A stretch of DNA of 64,000 nucleotides, taken from assembly GCA_965219085.1 (NCBI GenBank), contig OZ244720.1, forward strand, positions 2,048,001 to 2,112,000. The letters are read 5' to 3'. The notes below the pieces were generated by a model. That model had not been told where the DNA came from. It saw only the letters and a program-made list of their open reading frames with translations, and made no database searches. A program made the position numbers and the translations under genes. This stretch comes from Dehalococcoidia bacterium (GTDB lineage Bacteria; Chloroflexota; Dehalococcoidia; UBA2979). Position 1 is the stretch's first letter, and every line of letters starts with the position of its first letter. Positions 19,560 through 28,583 of this stretch are shown here, in pieces.

Positions 19560-20189
19560 GTGCCGGACCTCGAACGAACAGGCCTCGAACGAACAGGCGG
19601 CGAGCCGCCGCTGCTGACCGTCATCTCGGGACCCTCGGGCGTAGGCAAGGACGCGCTCATGACGCGCCTGCTGGCCGATGGCGACTTCCGCCGCCCCGTC
19701 ACGATGACCGCCCGCCGGCCGCGCCCCGGCGAGGTCGACGGCGTCCACTACCACTTCGCCACGCACGACCAGTTCGAGGCGGCGATCGCGGCCGGCGAGC
19801 TGCTCGAACACGCCCTGGTCTACGGCACGTACTACGGCACGCCGCGCAGCTCGCTGCGCGACGCCCTCGCGAGCGGACTCGACCTGCTGCTCCAGGTCGA
19901 CGTGCAGGGCGCCCGCTCGCTCCGCGAGGTGCTGGACGGCGCGTTCTTCGTCTTCATCGCCCCGGAGAGCCTCGACCAACTCGAAGGCCGCCTGCGCGAG
20001 CGTCCCGGCACGGACGACGGGGAGATCGCGCGCCGTCTCGCCTCGGCGCGCGCGGAGCTCGAGTTGCAGCACGCCTTCGACGCCGTGGTCGTCAACATCG
20101 AGGGCGACCTCGACGGCACGGTCGAGCGCGTCCGCGAGCTGGTCACGCGCGAGCGTGGGCGGCCAGGCCGGCGAGCGGTGGAGGTGTAG
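19560..20189 (+). CDS. gmk: Guanylate kinase
   Basis: GPSGVGK, RPGEVDGVHYHF, YYGT, DVQG. GTG start after GAGGA. Confidence 0.93.
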   Translation: MPDLERTGLERTGGEPPLLTVISGPSGVGKDALMTRLLADGDFRRPVTMTARRPRPGEVDGVHYHFATHDQFEAAIAAGELLEHALVYGTYYGTPRSSLRDALASGLDLLLQVDVQGARSLREVLDGAFFVFIAPESLDQLEGRLRERPGTDDGEIARRLASARAELELQHAFDAVVVNIEGDLDGTVERVRELVTRERGRPGRRAVEV

Positions 20190-20229
20190 GGGGCGACGCG
20201 TGGTGGAGGGGTGAGGCGAGTCGGCTGCG

Positions 20230-20514
20230 GCGTACGCCTGGACTGGCGTTCTGGCTACTGCACCCGCAGGGGTGGGATACGGGAATAAACGTCGGCTGGC
20301 TGGCGCGATGGTCCGGCGCCAGCAGGACGGAGATGAGAGACGCCGGGCTACAGACGCTTGTCGAGGGCTTCGAAATGAACACCGAGATGGCCCTCAACGC
20401 GGCGAACGCCTGGTGTGGCTGCTGAGAGCTGTGGCTGTGCAGACATTCTTCGTTGTGCTCGTGCAGGTCGCTGCAGCAGTCGACGGTGCGGCAGCGGCGG
20501 GCGGTCTCGTGTAG
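20230..20514 (+). pseudogene. Possible remnant of a small membrane protein
   Basis: Protein-like pieces in two frames (LAFWLLHPQGW..GFEMN / RLVWLLRAVAVQTFFVVLVQ) with no start codon. Confidence 0.3.
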
Positions 20515-20687
20515 GCCGTCCGAGCGACGGGGTGGGCTGGCGTCAGCCGATCCCCTTCTTCAACCGGGTATTCGGCTTGCGTTCTTCGTCGTTGCTCATG
20601 TGCGATCCTGCTCCTGCCAGTACCCACTATCCACCGGTGACCTTCGATCGGCTACTCGCTCCTGCGAGGCAGCTTCGGCGGTGCTGC

Positions 20688-20978
20688 TCAGTAGCGCTGC
20701 TCGTACCACCCCTCGCCCGCAGGCTGCGTGTCGTCGTGGAACAGCGTCAACGAGGCGCCGTCCGCGGTCGTGACGCGGTAGTAGCTGCGTCGCAGCGACG
20801 TCTCGCGCCACCACTCGTCGGCGATGCGCCACGCCTCCTCGACGCGCTCGACGGCGAGCGAAGTGGCGGGCGCGCCGCGACGCGCCTGCCGCTGCACCTC
20901 GACCGGCTCGCCGCCGGGGCTAGTGCGCACTGTGAGCGGTCGCGGCAGGCCCAGCGGGCTGAGCGCGCCGGCGGTCAC
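20688..20978 (-). CDS. DUF6504-like protein (stand-alone ImuB C-terminal module)
   Basis: WRIADEWW..RSYYRV..LF.D..W motif. GTGA overlap with the imuB stop. Confidence 0.75.
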   Translation of the reverse strand: MTAGALSPLGLPRPLTVRTSPGGEPVEVQRQARRGAPATSLAVERVEEAWRIADEWWRETSLRRSYYRVTTADGASLTLFHDDTQPAGEGWYEQRY

Positions 20979-22237
20979 GGCTCGTAGTCCGCGAGGGCGT
21001 AGCGACGCTCCGGGATGCGGCTGAGCGGCGCGAGCGTAACGACGCGCTGTAGCGCCGCCCGCCCGTAGCGCAGCTGGAGGTGGCGCGCCATCTCGTCCAG
21101 TTGCTCGCGCCGGCGACCGCCGCGCTCGCGCAGCAGCCGCCCCTGGCGGCCGCGCTCGGCGGTCAGCCCACCGAGCTCCAGCGCCAGCTCCGCGACCGGC
21201 CCGCCGAGCTCGGCCGCCTCGATCGAGGGGCGGAGCGCCGTCCACAGCCGATCGCGGTCGCCGGTCGGCTCGTTGAGCACGCGCGTGCGCTCCCAGACGT
21301 GCTCGTCCTCGGTCACCGCGGTGAGGCGGGCGGTGCGTACGAGGCGGCCCCGCACCGACGGCCGCGCGAGCGCGCGCCCCAGCAACTGGCCGAAGGTATG
21401 CAGCACCGCCTCGCGGGCGATGAGGGGCGGCTCGGCCTGCGCGCGCTCCACCACGCGCTCGCCGCGCACCATCGGCGTGAGCGGGGTGGCGTCCTCGCCG
21501 CGCGCGGCGAGCCACGCCCGGCCGCCGTTCGCGCCGAGCTGGGCCTCGACGGCGTGGCGCGGCAGCGCCGCGAGGTCGCCGAGCGTGGCGATGCCGAACA
21601 GCCCCAGCCATTCTTCTCGCGATGCGGGGATACCCCGCAGGTCTTCCCGGGACGCGGGGATACCCCGCAGGTCCCTCGACGCCGCGTCCAGCGGCAGCAG
21701 CGCGGTCGGCAGCGGCGCCAGCCACTCGCGAGCCTCGGCGTCGCTCACGCGCAGCCACGCCCCCGGCTGGGCGACGGCAGCGGCGGCACGCGCCGTGAAG
21801 CGGCTGCCGGCCAGCCCCAGCCGCACGCCGAGTGCGCCCGGCGCGGCGTCGAGCAGGGCCTGTGCGATCGTGTCCTCGTGCGGGTAGAGGCCATCGAGGC
21901 CGCGCAGGTCGGCGTACACCTCACCGGGCGCCGCCTCCTCGACTAGTGGGCTTACGGCAGCCGCCGCCTCGACGAGCTGGTCGGCGGCGCGGCGCACGCG
22001 CGCCGGGCGCGACTCGAGCACGACGAGCGCCGGGCACCAGCCGACGGCCTCGGCGAGCCGCTGCCCCGTGCGCACGCCACGCTCGGTGGCGGCGTCGGTG
22101 GCCTCGGCCACACGCAGCCCCGGGTCGTCGGTGACGGCGACAGGCCGGCCGCGCAGCTGCGGCCGCGCGACGAGCTCCGCGGCGAGCGCGAGCGCCGGTA
22201 CGAGCAGGCACGCGATGAGTGGACGTCGAGCGGCCAT
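20975..22237 (-). CDS. imuB: Catalytically inactive Y-family polymerase (ImuB-like)
   Basis: IMS fold (GVRTGQRLAEA..CP, SPLVE, GIATLGDLA). Catalytic DxD and SIDE motifs are absent; Q.RLL clamp-like motif is present. Confidence 0.85.
   Translation of the reverse strand: MAARRPLIACLLVPALALAAELVARPQLRGRPVAVTDDPGLRVAEATDAATERGVRTGQRLAEAVGWCPALVVLESRPARVRRAADQLVEAAAAVSPLVEEAAPGEVYADLRGLDGLYPHEDTIAQALLDAAPGALGVRLGLAGSRFTARAAAAVAQPGAWLRVSDAEAREWLAPLPTALLPLDAASRDLRGIPASREDLRGIPASREEWLGLFGIATLGDLAALPRHAVEAQLGANGGRAWLAARGEDATPLTPMVRGERVVERAQAEPPLIAREAVLHTFGQLLGRALARPSVRGRLVRTARLTAVTEDEHVWERTRVLNEPTGDRDRLWTALRPSIEAAELGGPVAELALELGGLTAERGRQGRLLRERGGRRREQLDEMARHLQLRYGRAALQRVVTLAPLSRIPERRYALADYEP
21621..21673 (+). 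repeat. Two copies (30-bp period) of the hairpin repeat GCGGGGATACCCCGCAGG inside imuB
   Basis: Encodes DLRGIPASRE twice. Same core as the 33241 array. Confidence 0.9.
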
Positions 22238-22272
22238 GTTCACCCCCGCCAAGAGGTGGTCTGATGGTATCA

Positions 22273-22284
22273 GAACTCGTGTTC
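22273..22284. promoter_or_regulatory. LexA box GAAC-tcgt-GTTC upstream of imuB, adjacent to extended -10 TGaTACCAT on the minus strand
   Basis: Exact match to the Gram-positive/Chloroflexi SOS consensus, next to an SOS mutasome gene. Confidence 0.85.
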
Positions 22285-22620
22285 GATAAACAGGCGCCGT
22301 AGCCGAGCGGCGGTTGATCGCTCGTCAGTCGCCGAGCCAGCCGACGAGGAACCGCGGACTCGGCCAGGGCTCGCGCAGCAGCCGGCGGCCGAGTCTCACC
22401 GCGTGCGCGCCGGTGGGGCGCGCCGTAGCCGTGCCTCGACGATCTTGCGCTCCGGCACACGCGAGCGTTGTTGAGAAGGCGGTCGAGATCGGCGAAGGCG
22501 GCCACAGGCGGTTGACGGGCGACACGCCTTGCGCGCGTTCGACTCGCTAACCGCGACGCTGTACTGTCCGGCCTTGCGGTCGACTGGAACGGTCGCCGCT
22601 GTGGCAAGGTCGGGAGTTAC

Positions 22621-24561
22621 GTGATGTGCGCACGCCTGGCGGTTCTGGCGGTGGCGGGCTTGATGGCGGTGCTGGGCGTGACCGCCATCACGGCCTCCGG
22701 TACGGGCCACGAGACCGAGGTGCGCATCACGGCCGCGCTGGCTGTTGACGGCCGCACCGAGTTCGCGCTGCAGCAGCGCGAGGCGGACGATGGGTGGAGC
22801 GAGCGGCTACTGACGCGGGCCCGGTTCTTCCCCGCCACGGCCACGGTTGGGCGCTGGCTGTCGAGCACGCCGCTGACGGTGCGCGCGCCGGGCGCCGGCG
22901 ATGACGCCGCGGGGGCCGAGGTGCGCATCACGGCGCAGCGGCTCGCCGACGATCGCATCGAGTTCGCGCTGCAGGAGCGCGAGGCGGACGGGGAGTGGGG
23001 TGAGCGGCTGTTGCCGCGGGCGCGGTTCTTCCCGGCCACAGTCACGGTCGGGCGCTGGCTATCGAGCACACCGCTCACGGTGAGTCTGCCGGAGCCGACT
23101 CCCACGGCTACTCCGATCGCCACTCCAACGCTGGAGCCGACTCCCGCGCTCGTAGCCACGCCGACCGCAACTCCTGCGCCCACCTCCGCGCCGGAGCCGC
23201 AGGTATCGCCGGACACGGCCGAGGACGGCGGGAGCGTGGCGTCGGACCGGGCGGCGTTGGTGGCGGTCTACAACGCCACGGGAGGCGCAAGCTGGACCAC
23301 CAGCACGAACTGGCTGAGTGACAGGCCCCTCGATGAATGGCTCGGTGTCACCACGAACAGCGACGGCCGTGTCACTGCGCTGCGGCTCGCGTCCAACGAG
23401 TTGACGGGGCCGATCCCGGCCGAGCTGGGTGACCTCACCAACCTGCAGAGCCTGTGGCTCAACAACAACGAGTTGACTGGGCCGATCCCCGCCCAGTTGG
23501 GCGACCTCTCTAACCTGGAATTGCTGTCGCTCTCCGAGAACGAGTTGACGGGGCCGGTCCCGGCCCGTTTGGGCGACCTCACCAACCTGCGCGAGCTCTG
23601 GCTCTCCGGAAACGAGTTGACGGGGCCGATCCCGGCCTGGCTGGGCGAGCTCACCAGCCTGCGATTGCTGCATCTCGGGGGCAGCCAGTTGACGGGGCCG
23701 ATCCCGACCGAGCTGGGCGCCCTCACCAACCTGGAATCGCTGATTCTCCACAACAACCAGTTGACGGGGCCGGTCCCGGCCGAACTGGGTGCCCTCACCA
23801 ACCTGTCTGGGCTGATACTCGGGAACAACCAGTTGACGGGGCCGGTCCCGACCGAGCTGGGCGCCCTCACCAACCTGTCTGGGCTGATACTCGGGAACAA
23901 CCAGTTGACGGGGCCGGTCCCGACCGAGCTGGGCGACCTCTCCAACCTGCGAACGCTGTGGCTCACGGGGAACGAGTTGACAGGGCGGATCCCGGCCGAG
24001 CTGGGCGCCCTCACCAACCTGGAATCGCTGATTCTCCAGAGCAACCAGTTGACGGGGCCGATCCCGACCGAGCTGGGCGACCTCCCCAACCTGCGAACGC
24101 TGTATCTTGGGGGCAGCCAGTTGACAGGGCGGATCCCGGCCGAGCTGGGCACCCTCGCCAACCTGCGAGAGCTGGGCCTCCAGAACAATCAGTTGACGGG
24201 GCCGATCCCGGCCGAGTTGGGCGACCTCTCCAACCTGCGAACGCTGTCCCTCGGGTTGAACGAGTTGGCGGGGCCGATCCCGGCCGAGTTGGGCGACCTT
24301 ACCAACCTGTGGACGCTGTCGCTCCACAACAACGAGTTGACGGGGCCGATCCCGCCCGAGTTGGGCGGCCTCACCTCCCTGAGATGGCTGTACCTACCGG
24401 GCAACCAGTTGACGGGGTCGATCCCGGCCGAGCTGGGCGGCCTCACCTCCCTGGTAGAGCTGGCCCTCGCGGGCAACGAGTTGACAGGGTGCGTGCCAGT
24501 AGGCTTGCGAGATGTAGCGATACATGATCTTGGGGATCTCGGCCTGCCCGACTGCGGTTAG
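22621..24561 (+). CDS. Secreted eukaryote-like leucine-rich repeat protein (16 plant-RLK-type 24-aa LRRs)
   Basis: Signal peptide, duplicated ~60-aa N-terminal domain, Pro/Thr linker, LRRNT-like cap, and LxxLxLxxNxLTGPIPxELG repeats. Confidence 0.92.
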   Translation: MMCARLAVLAVAGLMAVLGVTAITASGTGHETEVRITAALAVDGRTEFALQQREADDGWSERLLTRARFFPATATVGRWLSSTPLTVRAPGAGDDAAGAEVRITAQRLADDRIEFALQEREADGEWGERLLPRARFFPATVTVGRWLSSTPLTVSLPEPTPTATPIATPTLEPTPALVATPTATPAPTSAPEPQVSPDTAEDGGSVASDRAALVAVYNATGGASWTTSTNWLSDRPLDEWLGVTTNSDGRVTALRLASNELTGPIPAELGDLTNLQSLWLNNNELTGPIPAQLGDLSNLELLSLSENELTGPVPARLGDLTNLRELWLSGNELTGPIPAWLGELTSLRLLHLGGSQLTGPIPTELGALTNLESLILHNNQLTGPVPAELGALTNLSGLILGNNQLTGPVPTELGALTNLSGLILGNNQLTGPVPTELGDLSNLRTLWLTGNELTGRIPAELGALTNLESLILQSNQLTGPIPTELGDLPNLRTLYLGGSQLTGRIPAELGTLANLRELGLQNNQLTGPIPAELGDLSNLRTLSLGLNELAGPIPAELGDLTNLWTLSLHNNELTGPIPPELGGLTSLRWLYLPGNQLTGSIPAELGGLTSLVELALAGNELTGCVPVGLRDVAIHDLGDLGLPDCG

Positions 24562-24614
24562 ACCGTATGAGCGTGTCTGAGGAGGCTGGGCGAGTTCTGC
24601 GGCCGGCTCTCGGA

Positions 24615-24636
24615 GGGGCGGGGAGGTCCCCGCCCC
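24615..24636 (+). terminator. Stem-loop after the LRR gene
   Basis: ggggcgggga/tccccgcccc. Confidence 0.5.
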
Positions 24637-24942
24637 ACTCGGTAGAGTCGTGAGCGAGGCGCCGCGACTCAGCGGAGCCGCCTCGCGACGACCCTGCGCG
24701 GCCACTGTCATTCGTGATGCTCGCGCATGAACTGGCGGGGCTCGTCACGCCCGACCCGTTGGGCGCTGTAGGTGCGAGCGCCGACGCTCCTGCTCAGGCC
24801 GACGCCATGCAGCACCGCAGCCCTCATCCAGGCCCTCAGCGCCCGTGCGGAACGTCGTGGACGCGGCGTGAGAGCCTCTCCAGTAGGGCATTCCCAGTAT
24901 AGATACTCAGTACCAATCCTTCGCCAGGGGCATCAGGCGGCG

Positions 24943-24974
24943 GATGGTATCAGAACGTGAGTTCTGATACCATC
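24943..24974. promoter_or_regulatory. LexA box GAAC-gtga-GTTC within a 14+14-bp perfect palindrome carrying extended -10 elements in both directions
   Basis: gatggtatcagaac-gtga-gttctgataccatc directly upstream of dnaE2. Confidence 0.88.
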
Positions 24975-24998
24975 GCACCGCGGCGAGGGGGTGACGCC

Positions 24999-27900
24999 GT
25001 GGCACGTGGGCGCCGCGACCAGCAGCCCGGCTACATGGAGCGCTGGGACGAGTTCGAGGCCCGGCAGGCGCGCGCCCAGAAGGACACGCCGCGCTCGCGC
25101 GCGCCTCGCGACCCCGTGGGGACCCTCGGCGCCGACGTGCTCGACGCCGTCCCCTACGTCGAGCTGCACCTGCACAGCCACTACTCGCTGCTCGACGGTG
25201 CCTCGAGCCCCGATGAGCTCGTGCGGACGGCCGTCGAGCAGGGCCACGCGGCGCTCGCCCTCACCGACCACGACGGCATGTTCGGGGCGATGGAGTTCGC
25301 CCGCGCCGCCCGCGCCGAGGGGCTGCGCCCCATCACCGGCCTCGAACTGACCGTCTCCGAGCCCGCGACCGAACACGACGCTGTCAGCGTCGTTGGCAAG
25401 GGGGACGAGGCCGGCGAGGTGCGCTCGCACCTCACGCTGCTGGCCGAGACGCGTGAGGGCTACGCCAACCTCTGCCGCCTCTCCAGCCTCGCGTTCGGGC
25501 TGGGCGAGACCGACCGCCGCGCGCGGGAGGCGCGTCGCGTCGACCCCGTGGTGCCGCTGGCCGCGCTCGAACGCCACGCGGCCGGGCTGATCGTGCTCAC
25601 CGGCTGCCGCGAGGGGCGCATCCCGGCCCTCGTGCAGGCCGGGCGCGGGACCGAGGCGTCCGACGCGCTGGGGCGCCTCGTCGGCTGGTTCGGGGCGGAG
25701 CAGGTCTTCGTCGAGCTACAGGACAACGACGTCCACGGCGACCGCCCGCGCAACGAGGCGCTCGTGCGGCTCGCCGAGCGGGCCGGCGTGGGCGTTGTCG
25801 GCACCGGCAACGTGCACTACCACGCGCGCGAGCGGCACCGGCTGCAGGACGTGCTGGTCGCGATCCGCCACCGCTCGACCCTCGACGAATCTCACGCCGA
25901 GCGCCGTCCCAACGCCGAGTTCTGGCTGCGCAGTCCCGAGGAGCAGGCCGAGCGCTTCGCTCGCTACCACCCCGAGGCGGCGGCGAACAGCGTGCGCATC
26001 GCGCGGCGCTGCGGCTTCGACCTCACCGGCGACCTCGGCTACCGGCTGCCCGCGCCCCCGCTGCCCGAGGGCGCCACGCCGCTCGGCGAGCTCGAGCGCA
26101 TCTGTCGCGAACGCCTGGGCGATCGCTACCGCTCGCCGTCGGAGCGCGCGAAGGCCGAGGCGCAACTCGTCGAGGAGCTGCGGCTGATCGAGCTGCACGA
26201 CCTCGCCGGCTTCTTCCTCATCTATCACGAGGTATTCGAGCTGGCGCAGGAGGTGGCCCACGACGTGCGCGCGGCCGGCATCGCGCGCGGGCTCACCGAC
26301 CTGCCGCCCGGCCGCGGCCGCGGCTCCTCGGTCTCCTCGATCGTCTGCTACCTGATCGGGCTCTCGCACATCGACCCGATCCACCACGGGCTCTTCATCG
26401 GGCGCTTCCTCAACGAGGAGATGGACTCGCTGCCCGACATCGACCTCGACTTCCCGCGCGACATCCGCGCCGAGCTGATCGAGCGCGTGCACGCGCGCTG
26501 GGGCCGCGAGCACGCCGCGCTCGTCGCCAGCTTCGCCACCTACCGCACGCGCGGCGCGATCCGCGACGCCGGCAAGGCGCTCGGCCTGCCCGTCGCCGAG
26601 CTCGACCGCCTTGCCCGCCGCGCCGGGCCGTTCGAGGGCCCCGAGCAGATCCTCGAGGTGCTCGGGAAGGATCCGCAGTTCGGCGGCCCTCAGTCTGGGA
26701 GCCCACGGTCCGGGGGCGGGGCCGTCGCCCGCGGCTGGCGCGAGCTGGCCGAGATCGTGCCGCAGCTGATCGGCGTCCCGCGCCACCTCTCGCAGCACCC
26801 CGGGGGCATGGTGATCGCCTCGGAGCCGCTCATCGACTGCGTGCCGTGCCAGCCGGCGGCGATGCCGAACCGCTACCTCTGCCACTGGGACAAGGACTCG
26901 ATCGGCGACGCGCGGATGGTGAAGATCGACTTCCTCGGGCTCGGCATGCTCTCCGTCGTCGAGGAGACCGTCGACCTCATCGCCGCCGGGCGCGGCCGCG
27001 TCGTCGACCTCACGCGCATCGACTTCGAGGACGAGGCGGTGTTCGACACGATCTGCCAGGGCGACACTGTCGGCGTCTTCCAGATCGAGTCGCGCGCGCA
27101 GATCGCCATGCTGCCGCGTACGCAGCCCCGCAGCCTCGAGGACCTCACCGTGCAGGTCTCGATCGTGCGGCCGGGGCCGATCGTCGGCGGCGCGGTGAAC
27201 CCCTACGTGCGCCGACGCGAGCAGCAGCGCCGTAACCCTCGCTACCGCCCGGCGATGCCGCACGAGTGTGTGCGCGAGGTGCTGGACGAGACGCTAGGCG
27301 TGGTGATCTTCCAGGAGCAGGTGCTGCAGGTCGCGCGCCACATGGGCGGTTTCACCGCCGGCGAAGCCGACCGCTTCCGCCGCTCGCTCGGGCGTCGACG
27401 CGCGCACGAGGAGCTCGACGCCTGGCACGAGCGCTTCCTCGACGGCGCCGAGGAGCGCGGCGTGGGGCGCGCGGTGGCGGAGCGCGTCTTCGGCAACCTG
27501 GCGGGGTTCGCGGAATTTGGCTTCCCGAAGAGCCACGGCGCGGCCTTCGGCCTGCTCGCCTACCAGTCGACCTGGCTCAAGCAGTACTACGCCCCCGAGT
27601 TCATGTGCGCGCTGTTCAACCAGCAGCCGATGGGCTTCTACCCGCCGCACGTGCTCACCAACGACGCGAAGCGCCACGGCGTCCCCGTCGAGCGGCCCGA
27701 CATCAACGCGAGCGGCGCGCGCTGCACCGTCGAGCTGCCCGAGGGCGCGATCCGCGTCGGCCTCGGCTACGTGCGCGGCGTCGGCCCCGCGCTGGCCGAG
27801 CGCGTCGAGGCGGAGCGCGAGCGCGGCGGCGAGTACCAATCGCTGTTCGGCTTCGTGCAGCGCACGGGGCTGGGCCGGCGGGCGACCTCGCGCCTCATCC

Positions 27901-28505
27901 GCGCCGGGGCGTTCGACGGCCTCGGGCTGCAGCGCCGCGAGCTGCTGTGGCAGCTCGGGCTGTTCACGGGGGATCCGACCGGGAAGGCCGCGATTGCGCC
28001 GGCGGTGGCAGCGTCGGAGGCCGAGGGGCGCCAGTTGCGGCTCGAGCTGCCGACCGGGCAGGACATGGTGGCCCTGCCCGACCTCGGCGAACGCGAGCGC
28101 ATGGCCGCCGACTACGACCTGCTCGGCCTCTCGCCCGACCGCCACCCGATGCAGTTCCTGCGCCGCTCGCTCGGCGAGGGCGTCGCGTCCAGCCGCCACC
28201 TGCACACGCTGCCGGCGGGCCGCACGGTCGAGGTGGCGGGGTTGGTGGTCTGCCGCCAGCGCCCGCTCACCGCGCGCGGCATCATCTTCCTGCTGCTCGA
28301 GGACGAGTACGGCCTGATGAACATCCTGATCCCGCGCGAGCTCACCGAGTCGCGTCGCGACGTGGTGCGCATGGCCCCCTTCGTGCGCGCTCGCGGCACC
28401 CTCGACGAGCGTACGGGCGTGCAGCGCACGCTCGTCGCCGAGGGCGTCGAGGAGGTGGCGCCGGCGGAGCCGTGGCGGATGCCGTCGGGGAAGTCGTGGG
28501 CGTGA
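24999..28505 (+). CDS. dnaE2: Error-prone DNA polymerase III alpha subunit (DnaE2/ImuC)
   Basis: PHP domain HLHSHYS, GRGS, PDIDLD, SQHPGG, GFPKSH, QPMGFY and OB domain. GTG 24999 follows an RBS. Confidence 0.95.
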   Translation: MARGRRDQQPGYMERWDEFEARQARAQKDTPRSRAPRDPVGTLGADVLDAVPYVELHLHSHYSLLDGASSPDELVRTAVEQGHAALALTDHDGMFGAMEFARAARAEGLRPITGLELTVSEPATEHDAVSVVGKGDEAGEVRSHLTLLAETREGYANLCRLSSLAFGLGETDRRAREARRVDPVVPLAALERHAAGLIVLTGCREGRIPALVQAGRGTEASDALGRLVGWFGAEQVFVELQDNDVHGDRPRNEALVRLAERAGVGVVGTGNVHYHARERHRLQDVLVAIRHRSTLDESHAERRPNAEFWLRSPEEQAERFARYHPEAAANSVRIARRCGFDLTGDLGYRLPAPPLPEGATPLGELERICRERLGDRYRSPSERAKAEAQLVEELRLIELHDLAGFFLIYHEVFELAQEVAHDVRAAGIARGLTDLPPGRGRGSSVSSIVCYLIGLSHIDPIHHGLFIGRFLNEEMDSLPDIDLDFPRDIRAELIERVHARWGREHAALVASFATYRTRGAIRDAGKALGLPVAELDRLARRAGPFEGPEQILEVLGKDPQFGGPQSGSPRSGGGAVARGWRELAEIVPQLIGVPRHLSQHPGGMVIASEPLIDCVPCQPAAMPNRYLCHWDKDSIGDARMVKIDFLGLGMLSVVEETVDLIAAGRGRVVDLTRIDFEDEAVFDTICQGDTVGVFQIESRAQIAMLPRTQPRSLEDLTVQVSIVRPGPIVGGAVNPYVRRREQQRRNPRYRPAMPHECVREVLDETLGVVIFQEQVLQVARHMGGFTAGEADRFRRSLGRRRAHEELDAWHERFLDGAEERGVGRAVAERVFGNLAGFAEFGFPKSHGAAFGLLAYQSTWLKQYYAPEFMCALFNQQPMGFYPPHVLTNDAKRHGVPVERPDINASGARCTVELPEGAIRVGLGYVRGVGPALAERVEAERERGGEYQSLFGFVQRTGLGRRATSRLIRAGAFDGLGLQRRELLWQLGLFTGDPTGKAAIAPAVAASEAEGRQLRLELPTGQDMVALPDLGERERMAADYDLLGLSPDRHPMQFLRRSLGEGVASSRHLHTLPAGRTVEVAGLVVCRQRPLTARGIIFLLLEDEYGLMNILIPRELTESRRDVVRMAPFVRARGTLDERTGVQRTLVAEGVEEVAPAEPWRMPSGKSWA

Positions 28506-28583
28506 TCCGGCGGCGGTGGGGCGAGTCTCCAACTGGTTGATGCGGGCGTACGGCCGTGCCGCCCCCTGTATGCTCTCGCTCCG

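Noticed and set aside
22325-22525. Candidate imuA upstream of imuB
   Set aside because: Only short frameshifted protein-like fragments with no RecA-like motif; at most an unidentifiable remnant.
23380-24500. 72-bp periodic repeats as a CRISPR array or DGR template
   Set aside because: Fully explained by 24-aa LRR coding repeats. No reverse transcriptase, and no adenine-specific variation was evident.
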